Source: a virus
Length of the DNA stretch: 64,000 bases
Virus record (IMG/VR): IMGVR_UViG_3300037141_000236
Span: 1-64,000 of that record
Direction: 5' to 3' (one strand)
The notes beneath the pieces are model-generated. The model ran no database searches. It was not told where the DNA came from and was given only the letters and a program-made list of their open reading frames with translations. The position numbers and the translations under genes are program-made. How positions within the stretch are numbered: position 1 is the first letter of the stretch; every line of letters begins with the position of its first letter. Positions 48,467 to 57,660 of this stretch are shown one piece after another.

Positions 48467-49846
48467 ATGAGAATTAATCCTTATTTTGCCGACACAAGAC
48501 ATGCAGCCATCTTTAAAGATGGTGAAGAACTCAACCGGTGTAATATGAAAAATGGTCTTGAAATTATGGCACCGGTGGGTGCATCCCTTTATTTTGGGGA
48601 AATAATTGACTGTTGGGATAGTGTAACCATCACTTGCTCATTCATTGGATTATCAGGTTCCCGAGCGATCCCATGTGAAAATCTTCGAATAATACCAGGT
48701 AGCATTCATGCATATAAGCCAGAAGATTTTAAACACGGTCAAAAGTTTACCGCAAAATATAAGGGCCAGAGAATTGTCGGAGCCGTTTCAATTTCCGGAG
48801 GAGAAATCTACTTATGTCAAAACGTAGAGAACGGCAAATACACCAAGGAAAAATTTGGTTTTGATTTTTCTTATGTGATTTACGATGGGTGTGGATCAAT
48901 AGATCCTTCCGGTCTCTTTACCGAATTAGTTTTCAGCGACGGGTGGGGATTCGATTACGAAGCAAAAATAAATCCCATTACGTTTGAGCCGGTTACAGAT
49001 GAATGGGTTGAAATGACTGGTGGTGATATCACATTGGGCAAAACAGTTAAGCATATTTATGGAGGAACTGGGATTATCACGCGATTAGATTCCCGTATTA
49101 TCGGAATTAAATGGGAAAATCACTCCTATGATTCAGAATATACTTCAAAGATAATATTCAAAAATCTCTTAACGAAGAAAGACAATTCAATGTCAGAACT
49201 CACCACACGCTTAAATGAAGAAGCAGTATTGCGAAAAATACCGTTAAATGATGAGACTCAGGTCAATGCAGACAATGTTCACGAAGGTGAATCAGTAAGA
49301 ATATATTCTCATTCTGATGGTGGAAAACTATTAGGTGTAGGAACCATAAAGACACGCAGTGGAGTCTGGGGCGCAACTGTTGACCGTCTTGGGGCAGTAA
49401 GCTATACTAGCTATTGCTGCCTCCGCAGACTTGATTACAAAGAATGCTCCCCTTTATTTAAAGACCATCTTAAAATAAATCTTAATGTATTTCACATTAG
49501 TGGTTTGAAAGGAATCATCACAGGTTTTTCTCGCACGGCTGAATCGTCAAAAATGAAAATCTACATAAAATGGGAAAAGACGGAAGATAATTCGCATAAT
49601 TCCGAACCCGTTAAGTATTCTGAACTCTTACTTCCCCAACTTTATTTCAAATCTAACCAAACACAAACCATAAAACCAAACACAAATGAAAAACGCGAGC
49701 ACAAAAGTATTGAAGTATGTCGACCGGTTGCAACAATCACAAGCGGACAAAGACGCCCAGGAAACACAGTTTCAGGCAGAGGAAGCAAAACAACAATTAG
49801 CAGGGGACATCAACGCCACAAAGCGATCGATAGCGCAGCATGGTAA
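48467..49846 (+). CDS. Multi-domain hypothetical protein
   Basis: 459 aa; GEIYLCQN..NG...EKFGFDFSY module; TATCTTTA box at 48439. Confidence 0.7.
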   Translation: MRINPYFADTRHAAIFKDGEELNRCNMKNGLEIMAPVGASLYFGEIIDCWDSVTITCSFIGLSGSRAIPCENLRIIPGSIHAYKPEDFKHGQKFTAKYKGQRIVGAVSISGGEIYLCQNVENGKYTKEKFGFDFSYVIYDGCGSIDPSGLFTELVFSDGWGFDYEAKINPITFEPVTDEWVEMTGGDITLGKTVKHIYGGTGIITRLDSRIIGIKWENHSYDSEYTSKIIFKNLLTKKDNSMSELTTRLNEEAVLRKIPLNDETQVNADNVHEGESVRIYSHSDGGKLLGVGTIKTRSGVWGATVDRLGAVSYTSYCCLRRLDYKECSPLFKDHLKINLNVFHISGLKGIITGFSRTAESSKMKIYIKWEKTEDNSHNSEPVKYSELLLPQLYFKSNQTQTIKPNTNEKREHKSIEVCRPVATITSGQRRPGNTVSGRGSKTTISRGHQRHKAIDSAAW

Positions 49847-49973
49847 GCTCCTTGCAAAACAAACCAGCATGTATCCTTTTGACCCACAAGCTATCATTTC
49901 TCTCCAGGTAAAACTTGAAGGTCTGGAAGACGGTTTGAAACGTCTCGAAGCCCTGCACGCAGAATTGTTCTAG
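49686..49973 (+). CDS. Coiled-coil protein overlapping the upstream gene
   Basis: LKYVDRL, PFDPQAII, LE.GL..LE.L..ELF; A-rich leader; terminator follows. Confidence 0.7.
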   Translation: MKNASTKVLKYVDRLQQSQADKDAQETQFQAEEAKQQLAGDINATKRSIAQHGKLLAKQTSMYPFDPQAIISLQVKLEGLEDGLKRLEALHAELF

Positions 49974-49992
49974 GAACAATCTTCACTGTATT

Positions 49993-50026
49993 AAAGAACC
50001 CTTGATAAATCAATCAAGGGTTTTTT
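49993..50026 (+). terminator. Intrinsic terminator
   Basis: aacccttgat-aaatca-atcaagggtt followed by a T-run. Confidence 0.8.
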
Positions 50027-50055
50027 AATTGTTGAGAAGTTGGTATCTTTATAAT

Positions 50056-50267
50056 ATGAAAAACTCTAAAACGTTAGAATTCGAAAAATCATTGCCGATA
50101 GTTTCGATAAAGTAATTACTGACCCTGAGACTATCGGGCGAAGAGAAGAAATTATTGAAAAGACGTTAAAGGTCATTTTGAATATAGCACATTCAAGCAT
50201 GGGGCTTGAGGGTGAAGATCCTGATCTTGAAGATGATATGTTTTTATCCTTATTGAACGGACTATGA
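50056..50267 (+). pseudogene. Frameshifted small gene
   Basis: ATG 50056 (4 nt after TATCTTTA) reads MKNSK. One extra A near 50068-50071 joins it to NVRIRKIIADSF...LLNGL*, which is coupled to the next ATG. Confidence 0.5.
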
Positions 50268-50587
50268 GCTGGGGAGATGATGGCGAACCAATGGAAGACT
50301 TTTCAAGTTTTGTCCCTAATCCTTTGGAAGAGATAAACGAAAAGTTGAGAACGGATGCCGCTGTCCTGAAAAGGGCTATATGGTCTCTTGGCCAAAAGAT
50401 TGTGGAACTTGAAGACGCTGTGATAAAAAGGGATCAGTATCTAAAAGAAGCGAAGGCATGTACAGATAAGCAGTATGTAGAAATAATACAATTAAGAGAA
50501 ATGCTTGCAGAATTAACAGGAGATGGCCTTTCTGCAGCCGAACACAAAATTAAAAAAGAAATCAATGCGTCCAATAAAGATAATTAA
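50264..50587 (+). CDS. Coiled-coil protein with KIKKEI motif
   Basis: 107-aa ORF. Confidence 0.65.
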   Translation: MSWGDDGEPMEDFSSFVPNPLEEINEKLRTDAAVLKRAIWSLGQKIVELEDAVIKRDQYLKEAKACTDKQYVEIIQLREMLAELTGDGLSAAEHKIKKEINASNKDN

Positions 50588-50936
50588 AGTCGGTCACATG
50601 AAGCATCCGGGTAAAGAGGAAGAGCTACCCTCATCGTACAATCAGCTTGATAATTTTCTAAAAATGAATTCCACCACTGCATCTGAACTTAAAATGCAAG
50701 AAGTATTAATTGGGTGGGATATCGCACATCCGCCTTTAAGTATTCAAAGCATGTCTCCAGATGACATTGGCAAAACAGTTGCTTATCTTCCCAAACGCTC
50801 TTCACTTATTGAATCAGTGAAAGCTTCTGAAGGCGGAATTATTACTGCTTACAATGATACTTATGTTTTTGTACGTTTTGGAAGAGGGTCCATTGGAAGT
50901 AGTCAAGCTTGTAATCCCGAAGATTTACGTTACTAA
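50565..50936 (+). CDS. Hypothetical protein with C-terminal SH3-like domain
   Basis: DIGKTVAY..EGGIITAYND.YVFVRF..QACNPEDL. Confidence 0.6.
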   Translation: MRPIKIIKVGHMKHPGKEEELPSSYNQLDNFLKMNSTTASELKMQEVLIGWDIAHPPLSIQSMSPDDIGKTVAYLPKRSSLIESVKASEGGIITAYNDTYVFVRFGRGSIGSSQACNPEDLRY

Positions 50937-50975
50937 TGTTAGGAAGATTCCCCAAGCTTTTTGTATTTAATGATA

Positions 50976-51452
50976 ATGAAAGAGATTGAGTTTAGTTGCA
51001 TTATGGTTGGTTTCGACCTTCCTAACTTCCAGGAGTTTACTGAAAAATTTATACACCCTGAAGATGTGCTTAAATTAGAGGAGACCCCCCACGTAACAAT
51101 TTGTTTTGGACTTTCTCCAAACATCTCCTTAGACGAAGTAAAATCGCTATTATTGCCGCTTAAAGACATCTACATTACTTCTTCTGAGATTAACGAATTC
51201 ATACAAGATGGTTTTGAAGTTGTTAAATTCGCAGTCAGTGCTCCGCTCCTAGAACAAATGAATGATGTGATGACATCAACCCTTGATTACACCAAAGTAA
51301 ATCCAGGTAGATATAAGCCACACCTTACGATTTCGTATGTTAAACCCGGAACGGCACTTTCATACAAGCGCACTATCCAACCATTGATTTTAAAACCCGT
51401 TAACTACATTTTTAGTCGTCCGAACGGTGAAACCATTTATTTTACAATATGA
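50976..51452 (+). CDS. acb1: 2H phosphoesterase, Acb1/T4 gp57B-like anti-CBASS nuclease
   Basis: Two HxT motifs (PHVTI, PHLTISY), about 160 aa, standalone; late box at 50964. Confidence 0.7.
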   Translation: MKEIEFSCIMVGFDLPNFQEFTEKFIHPEDVLKLEETPHVTICFGLSPNISLDEVKSLLLPLKDIYITSSEINEFIQDGFEVVKFAVSAPLLEQMNDVMTSTLDYTKVNPGRYKPHLTISYVKPGTALSYKRTIQPLILKPVNYIFSRPNGETIYFTI

Positions 51453-52156
51453 TAGAATATTTTAAACTCTGCCCAACTTGTAGTGAGAAAATCACATATA
51501 AAAGCGCCCAAGTTTTGAAAGAATCAGTTGCTAATAATCGAAATTGTCGCAAGTGTTTTAGAAAAGTTCCAGGATTCGTTGAAAAATTATCAAAAGGTTG
51601 GTTTCAGAAAGGGCATAGGCCTTCTACTGCTGATAATAGAAAAGGTAAATCTTGGGAAGAAATCTATGGTGTAGAAAAAGCGAAAGAAATAAAACTAAAA
51701 CGTTCACAAAAGAAACAACCAATTACTTCAAATATCCAAAGAAGTATAGCGTGTAAAAACGCAGGTTGTGGAACTTCCAATAAAGGGCGAAAATGTTCCG
51801 AAGAAAACAAAAAAGCATCCAGGCTTTTAATGGTAGAACGTTTAAAAGCTACTCACCAAAATTTTCACCCACCTTATAATAAACTTGCTTGCGAACATTT
51901 CAATAAACTCATGATAGAAGAAGGTATTCACATACAACATGCTTTAAATGGTGGTGAATATCATATTAAAGAGTTAGGATATTGGATTGATGGTTATGAT
52001 AAAACAAACAATATTGTTTATGAGTTTGATGAAAAGACTCATTTTAAAGTGGATGGCGTTTTAAAAGAGAAAGATATTAAACGTCAAAAAGAAATTGAAG
52101 ACTTCTTAAAATGTAAATTTATTCGAATTAAGTGGACAGATATCCAAACCCTGTAA
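51449..52156 (+). CDS. Zn-finger + Vsr/EDxHD-like homing endonuclease
   Basis: CPTC..CRKC, GKSWEEIYG, GYWIDGYD..NIVYEFDEKTH..D.KRQ.EI..FIRI. Confidence 0.75.
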   Translation: MIEYFKLCPTCSEKITYKSAQVLKESVANNRNCRKCFRKVPGFVEKLSKGWFQKGHRPSTADNRKGKSWEEIYGVEKAKEIKLKRSQKKQPITSNIQRSIACKNAGCGTSNKGRKCSEENKKASRLLMVERLKATHQNFHPPYNKLACEHFNKLMIEEGIHIQHALNGGEYHIKELGYWIDGYDKTNNIVYEFDEKTHFKVDGVLKEKDIKRQKEIEDFLKCKFIRIKWTDIQTL

Positions 52157-52219
52157 GCCCTTCTTAATTTGATTTCCTGTTGGTTGATTACCAAATTTCT
52201 CATAAACAAGTAATCAATC

Positions 52220-52672
52220 ATGACTTCCTACACAAATATACGTTGCCAAACATATTATGGCTCAAGTCCAGTTTTTTCAGCAAACTATGGTGAAGTGGTT
52301 CTTAACTGCATTCATTTCATAGATCCGGGAACAAATGCAATTAAATGGGTTGTAACGTATGCAACACCGTATGTTGAGCCTGCATATGCAGCACCACATT
52401 CTACTGTGACAGTGCAACCTGAGCCTTATCAAGCACAAACAGTTTCAAGTATGATCTATTACCAAACAGAACTTTACAAGGAACAAAACATGAATGCAGC
52501 GATGAGACGTTTCTTACAAGTGAAAGGTTTGGAAGAAGACTTCAATAGACTTTTTGCAGATGAACAAGTTAGAAAAGAAATGGCCTCCGCTGTGAAGTTA
52601 ACCTTAGATGCCCAACCGTTACCAGAGGAAGCACTTTCTGGTTATGCAGCGACCGGTAGTTCTACAAAATAA
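52220..52672 (+). CDS. Hypothetical protein
   Basis: 150-aa ORF. Confidence 0.65.
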   Translation: MTSYTNIRCQTYYGSSPVFSANYGEVVLNCIHFIDPGTNAIKWVVTYATPYVEPAYAAPHSTVTVQPEPYQAQTVSSMIYYQTELYKEQNMNAAMRRFLQVKGLEEDFNRLFADEQVRKEMASAVKLTLDAQPLPEEALSGYAATGSSTK

Positions 52673-52711
52673 ACCTTATAAATCAAATTAGTATCCTTAA
52701 ATTTATATATT

Positions 52712-53131
52712 ATGGCAGTGAAAGTAAAGAAAGAACCTCTTAAACTAGGTGAAGATATCGAATGGGGCAAAGGGAAAAACAATTTTCAAACAACGGTAAT
52801 TGGTTTCTTCCAACCACCTTTAGGGTCGTATGCTTACAGGACACCTCCAAAGAGAATCTTAATTGAACTACCTGAAAGTAAAGTTCAACGTTTTAAAAAC
52901 GCGTATAACCCCATTTACACTGGTAAGCAGTTAAAAATAATGTATAAAAACAAACAAGATCAAATTAAAATGCATCTTGTGGAAGATATAAAACATTATG
53001 CAGTGGCAAATCCAACAGGGTTAAGACGCTTGGATCCTTTTATGCAAGCGCAAAGAGCAATCTTAAATGAAATTTATGTTGGAAGACACACAAGTCCTTC
53101 CGGCGTTTTAATAAGACAAGTTAAAAAATAA
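52712..53131 (+). CDS. Hypothetical protein
   Basis: 139-aa ORF; TAAATTTA box upstream. Confidence 0.65.
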   Translation: MAVKVKKEPLKLGEDIEWGKGKNNFQTTVIGFFQPPLGSYAYRTPPKRILIELPESKVQRFKNAYNPIYTGKQLKIMYKNKQDQIKMHLVEDIKHYAVANPTGLRRLDPFMQAQRAILNEIYVGRHTSPSGVLIRQVKK

Positions 53132-53133
53132 AT

Positions 53134-53400
53134 ATGAGACACGTGAAACTAACACCACTGGCCGTAACAATTTCAAAGGTATCAGCAATGAAGAAAGGCA
53201 CAGGAGCATTCCCTGCCAAACTAAAAGCTCCCAAGCCACTTGATCCTGCTGTTGAGAAGGCTTTAAAAGAACGTCTTGCTGCTTTGACAGGAAAAACAGT
53301 TGCTGCCATCGACGAGACAAAACGTAAAGAAAGAGTAAAGAAAGGTTACGGCAGTCTTGAAGAAGCAATGAAACAAATGAAACAAGACATAAAGAAATAA
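53134..53400 (+). CDS. Small basic protein with LAALTGKTV motif
   Basis: 88-aa ORF. Confidence 0.6.
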   Translation: MRHVKLTPLAVTISKVSAMKKGTGAFPAKLKAPKPLDPAVEKALKERLAALTGKTVAAIDETKRKERVKKGYGSLEEAMKQMKQDIKK

Positions 53401-53402
53401 TT

Positions 53403-54086
53403 ATGGCTTACGTTGGATATAAAACACCGCTTCCTTCACCAATGCCTCCACCTCCAGCAAGACCTAAATCTTCTATGGGATCTCTTGGACCATTATCACC
53501 TCATCGCATGCCTGCAGCTGAAAAATCATTATTATGGCAAATACAAGGTATGCATGATGAAATGGATTGGGAATTTCCCACAACCATTCAAATGTTATGG
53601 CTTGTAAATACAAGAGCCTTTGTGGTGGCTAATTATCATTCTAGCCAATGGCCTTCATGGATGCTTGAAGTAACTCCAACCGAACCACCAAGAGACCCAA
53701 ATGATGATGGAGGCTTAGCAGAAGCAACAAGAGCCGCGGGAGTACAAGTGGGTGTTCTTATGTCTGACCCCATAATAAATTCATATCCCGGCTTATTAAC
53801 CCCTACTGAACTCACTCAGCCTTTAGATAGAGAAACAGAAGATGCTAAAGTTAAATGGAATGCTGCAAAGTTACAAAACTTAAATGCATTACGAATGGGT
53901 AATAAATTCAAAGTAGATGATGAAGGAAACGTTCGTTTTGATGCGGGTGTTGACTATTACCAACGTGCTGCCATTCGGGAGCTTATAGAAGAATTTGGCG
54001 CGATTCCTGAAGATCACGTTGACTTCAAACCCCAGCGCAAAAATACCTGGAAAGAGAGGTTCCTTAAATGGATAAAGGAAAAATGA
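53403..54086 (+). CDS. Hypothetical protein with Pro-rich N-terminus
   Basis: 227-aa ORF. Confidence 0.65.
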   Translation: MAYVGYKTPLPSPMPPPPARPKSSMGSLGPLSPHRMPAAEKSLLWQIQGMHDEMDWEFPTTIQMLWLVNTRAFVVANYHSSQWPSWMLEVTPTEPPRDPNDDGGLAEATRAAGVQVGVLMSDPIINSYPGLLTPTELTQPLDRETEDAKVKWNAAKLQNLNALRMGNKFKVDDEGNVRFDAGVDYYQRAAIRELIEEFGAIPEDHVDFKPQRKNTWKERFLKWIKEK

Positions 54087-54134
54087 TATAATTTCACCAT
54101 ATTTAATGTATAACAAACTAAATTATATATTAAA

Positions 54135-54314
54135 ATGGAATCATTCAATTCAATTAAAGTACTAGTAGAAGGCGTTCAAGCGGACATTGACAAATTCGAA
54201 GCAGGTAACAAAGCAGCAGGAACTCGAGTAAGGGCAGCAATGCAACAAATCAAAGCTCTTTGCAAAGATGTACGTAACGATGTACAAGCAGTAAAGAAAG
54301 CACCTAAATCATAA
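54135..54314 (+). CDS. Histone H1-like protein (Hc1 family; not in ORF track)
   Basis: MESFNSIKVLVEGVQADIDKFEAGNKAAGTRVRAAMQQIKALCKDVRNDVQ; TATTTAAT box at 54100. Confidence 0.85.
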   Translation: MESFNSIKVLVEGVQADIDKFEAGNKAAGTRVRAAMQQIKALCKDVRNDVQAVKKAPKS

Positions 54315-54317
54315 ACC

Positions 54318-54533
54318 ATGGAAACAAATTTCAAAACAGTAACAGAAATAATTGCTGACAAAGATAATTGCAATTGTCCGTTGGAATTAAGTGTGATACC
54401 TAATTATATGGGTATTAATTTGTGTTCTGTGGAAGCAGTCAGTTGGCAAAAGCAAAGCGATGGTCAATTAACACAATTGACTATATACTTTACTCCTGCA
54501 GAAAAAGACACACCAATAACCGAAGTGCCATGA
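54318..54533 (+). CDS. Hypothetical protein
   Basis: 71-aa ORF. Confidence 0.6.
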   Translation: METNFKTVTEIIADKDNCNCPLELSVIPNYMGINLCSVEAVSWQKQSDGQLTQLTIYFTPAEKDTPITEVP

Positions 54534-54769
54534 AAAAGAAGTATAAGTACAGACTCAAAGAAACAATTCGCAAAGCTGGTATCTCCGAAGATATATTTTG
54601 GTGTGCACAGTTTATTGATGAAGAAGATTTTGAGAAATATGGAAAGGATGACATGTTTTGGTCTACCATCTCCAATTTTCTTGATCCGACTTCAAAAGAA
54701 GAAGCTTTGAAAGATATTGAACGACATAAAAATCAAGAAGAACCTGTGATCAAATACCACGAAGCATGA
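54530..54769 (+). CDS. Hypothetical protein
   Basis: Start reassigned to ATG 54530 (ATGA coupling). Confidence 0.6.
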   Translation: MKKKYKYRLKETIRKAGISEDIFWCAQFIDEEDFEKYGKDDMFWSTISNFLDPTSKEEALKDIERHKNQEEPVIKYHEA

Positions 54770-55042
54770 AATATTTCTTCAGATCATTAAAAGTTATTCC
54801 TTGGGGAATAATAAACATATGTTCGATACTTTGGCACTTTGATACGAATCATTGTGTTTCATTTAATACATTGTATAATGAAATTTTAAAACCTGGTCCA
54901 AGGTATAGGTAATTGAAGGAGAAAGGGATGTGATCGCTTACAACGGCTTCTGCATCCCTTATCTTTTCAACCAAGGTTTATTTGTCAAACAGGTTGACTG
55001 TTTGTAACTTTAGCGTAATTAATATTAACTAACTAGTTGATT

Positions 55043-55906
55043 ATGAAACAGATAAGAGTGGGATCGGATACGATCATCAGCAGGGATATAAACCTGGAAC
55101 GCTATTTAAAAGACATTCGAAAGATGCCTACAATGAATTACACTGAAGAAAGGTTAGTAATCATCGAAGCACAGAAAGGAGACCAAGCCGCTTTCGAAAA
55201 ACTTATTACTGCCAACTTACGATTCGTTGTAAGCTGTGCAAAGGAATATCAATATCCAGGAATTGAGATCATCGATCTTATTCAGGCTGGCAATGTTGGA
55301 CTTATGGAAGCGATAACCAAATTCGATCTTACCAAAGAAATCAAATTTATCTCTTATGCAGTATGGTGGATTAAAAACTCCATCATTGAATTTTTAAGAG
55401 AGAATACAAAGGCAATTCGTTTACCTTACAACCAACAAAACGAAATCCAACGTTATTTCAAAGAGAAGGATAAATTAGAGAAACAATATGAGACGACTCT
55501 CAACGCCGATCAGGTGGGGCAGTTGACTGATACTGATATCGATGTTGATTATATCCGTCAAGCTCTGTTGTGTAATTCACATGCACAATCAATGAATGAC
55601 CCAATTGGAGGAGGAGATGGTGGAGAAATTGGTATTGTTGAAGACCTAATTTCAGATCCTCACGCTAACTTTCTTGACGGCTATGATCACGCTTTCAGGA
55701 GACAGCAAGTGAGTCGTGCGTTAGGAAAGCTTTCACCAATACAAAAACAAATCATCGTCCTTTCCTTTGGGTTGGAAGATTCAATCAGTCGTTCAAACGA
55801 AGACATTGCAGAACAATTAAAACTAACTGCAGAAAGAATCCGACAAATCAAAAACCAAGCTGTTGCTAAACTTGGTACCCTTGATTACCTTTCCATTTGT
55901 AGGTAA
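55043..55906 (+). CDS. rpoD: RNA polymerase sigma-70 factor, Bacteroidota RpoD type
   Basis: LERYLKDI, ANLRFVVS.AK.YQ, DLIQAGNVGL..A..KFD, KFISYAVWWI, IRLP.N, LTAERIRQIK; about 287 aa with no region 1.1. Confidence 0.93.
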   Translation: MKQIRVGSDTIISRDINLERYLKDIRKMPTMNYTEERLVIIEAQKGDQAAFEKLITANLRFVVSCAKEYQYPGIEIIDLIQAGNVGLMEAITKFDLTKEIKFISYAVWWIKNSIIEFLRENTKAIRLPYNQQNEIQRYFKEKDKLEKQYETTLNADQVGQLTDTDIDVDYIRQALLCNSHAQSMNDPIGGGDGGEIGIVEDLISDPHANFLDGYDHAFRRQQVSRALGKLSPIQKQIIVLSFGLEDSISRSNEDIAEQLKLTAERIRQIKNQAVAKLGTLDYLSICR

Positions 55907-55929
55907 TATAAGAACATAAAATTAACGGT

Positions 55930-55959
55930 CAAAAGGGTTACTTGACGGTAACCCTTTTG
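55930..55959 (+). terminator. Intrinsic terminator
   Basis: caaaagggttac-ttgacg-gtaacccttttg. Confidence 0.8.
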
Positions 55960-55999
55960 CTTTTCCGGTCGTATATTTAGACAAACAATCAAACCACTT

Positions 56000-56923
56000 A
56001 TGAGACAAACAAAAACCACAACCCAAGTTGCCCGTGATGACAAGTACTTAAAGTTCCTGATGGCGCTTTATTTAAAGATCAGTAAAGGTTATACCCGAAT
56101 TTCGATTTCTGCCTTATGTGTAGAACATAAGGTTGATTCCGTTGTTGTACAAGCCGTCCTTGATTTGGGCTGGGTGAACAAAATGGCCAACACAATGCAA
56201 TACTATTGGAGAGGTCCAATTCCAATCGAAGCAATGGCCGAACAAGTCCAATCAAAAATCACCGCGATAAAGAATACAAAGACTGTGAATGAGAGGTTTA
56301 AATCAACTCCACTCAGTGCAACCGGCAAACCGCTTATTCCCGTTGTTAAATCAACAGAGCCACAAAAAGTATTGAAGGGTGCCATTCCAAGGTATCTTGA
56401 TTTCCTTGAAGCTCTTTACTTTTTGACAGCCGAAGGTAAAACCGACATCACCATAAGTAAAATAACAGCTGAGCATAAAGTAGGCTCTTCTATTCCCGGT
56501 GCGTTGATAAAGCTTAATATTATTTCCAAAGAAAAAGACGAGACATATAAAGGCCAAGGTCGGAAAGTGCTTTGGTCCTGGATTGGCGGGATTCCTGATG
56601 CAACGATGGCAGAACTCGTATTGAAGACAAACAATGCAGAAATCGTATCGCAAAGTGCAAATGCAAAAAATAAGGTTATAAAGATTGCTCCTGGTATTCC
56701 CGAAAGATTCCATCACATACTAAAGAAAGATCCCAGCGTACCTGAAATCAAAGTGGCGATCATACCAACTCCTCCTGTTGTTATTCCTGCGAAAGAATGG
56801 AATGTAAAAGTAACGCCAAGCCTTTCTGATAAAGAAAAAGCTTTGAAAAGAGAAATTGCTTTGAAACTTTTGGATCTTGGCGAATTCGAACGTGCAAACA
56901 AAATGTTAGACGAACTTCTGTAA
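56000..56923 (+). CDS. Protein with tandem duplicated winged-helix-like domains
   Basis: Two copies of YL.FL.ALY....G...I.IS....EHKV.S....A...L....K...W.G.IP...MAE. Confidence 0.7.
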   Translation: MRQTKTTTQVARDDKYLKFLMALYLKISKGYTRISISALCVEHKVDSVVVQAVLDLGWVNKMANTMQYYWRGPIPIEAMAEQVQSKITAIKNTKTVNERFKSTPLSATGKPLIPVVKSTEPQKVLKGAIPRYLDFLEALYFLTAEGKTDITISKITAEHKVGSSIPGALIKLNIISKEKDETYKGQGRKVLWSWIGGIPDATMAELVLKTNNAEIVSQSANAKNKVIKIAPGIPERFHHILKKDPSVPEIKVAIIPTPPVVIPAKEWNVKVTPSLSDKEKALKREIALKLLDLGEFERANKMLDELL

Positions 56924-56941
56924 ACCCTAAAACTTTATTAT

Positions 56942-57124
56942 ATGAGAGGTAAGATTGATCCTATGGAACAATACTTAGAAAAGAGGTTAAAGGATTTTGG
57001 AATTGTTTGCCCATCACCGAGAGGAAAGAAAAACGAAATGCTTTTCGAAGTTCCGAAGACTGAAGCAGAATGTGAAGATTTAATTCGTATATTATTAATC
57101 GCTCGTAGAGAGTTTAACAATTGA
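56942..57124 (+). CDS. Hypothetical protein
   Basis: 60-aa ORF. Confidence 0.5.
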   Translation: MRGKIDPMEQYLEKRLKDFGIVCPSPRGKKNEMLFEVPKTEAECEDLIRILLIARREFNN

Positions 57125-57250
57125 TTTATGGCACGATTACAAAACCTAAAGCGCTGGTTAAGCAATAACTTAACCTTCTTCACAACGAACGGGAACAAAC
57201 AACACCGAATTTCTCCAAGGTATATTCGCTAATTTTAGTAAATTTACCTT

Positions 57251-57460
57251 ATGAAACGATCGGACTATTTCTTTTTCGCTATTATGTTGACTTCAATGTT
57301 AACAGCAATGTACTTTATGCTATGGAGCGTAATGCCGTTCTGGATGCAATTCTGGTGGGTGTCTTTACTCCCATTAGTTATTATCAAAGTTTTCTTCCCA
57401 AATACCAAAGCAGGTAAATGGTTATTGTCTGACCCTTTTAATAAACCCAAAACAAAATGA
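57251..57460 (+). CDS. Small two-TM membrane protein
   Basis: Hydrophobic; TAAATTTA box 4 nt upstream. Confidence 0.6.
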   Translation: MKRSDYFFFAIMLTSMLTAMYFMLWSVMPFWMQFWWVSLLPLVIIKVFFPNTKAGKWLLSDPFNKPKTK

Positions 57461-57660
57461 CAAACGCACAACAACTCGGTTACGATTACTTCTACCACTA
57501 CAACGAATATTCGAAAAAGTGGTTTTGTATTCACAAAGACAGCCTTAACAACTACACTGAAAGAAACCCCAAGCAGCCAATGAATTGGAAAGATGGATCC
57601 TCAGTTGAAGATGCTGCAGCGCATATGCTTACTGTTCTTCACACTGTAACTGCTGAATAA
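57457..57660 (+). CDS. Hypothetical protein
   Basis: YDYFYHYNEYSKKWF; coupled to neighbours. Confidence 0.6.
   Translation: MTNAQQLGYDYFYHYNEYSKKWFCIHKDSLNNYTERNPKQPMNWKDGSSVEDAAAHMLTVLHTVTAE

Noticed and set aside
54923-54960. Hairpin upstream of rpoD as a riboswitch or ncRNA
   Set aside because: It is an imperfect stem followed by a short T-run and lies upstream of the putative rpoD promoter, so it is more simply the terminator of the preceding operon.
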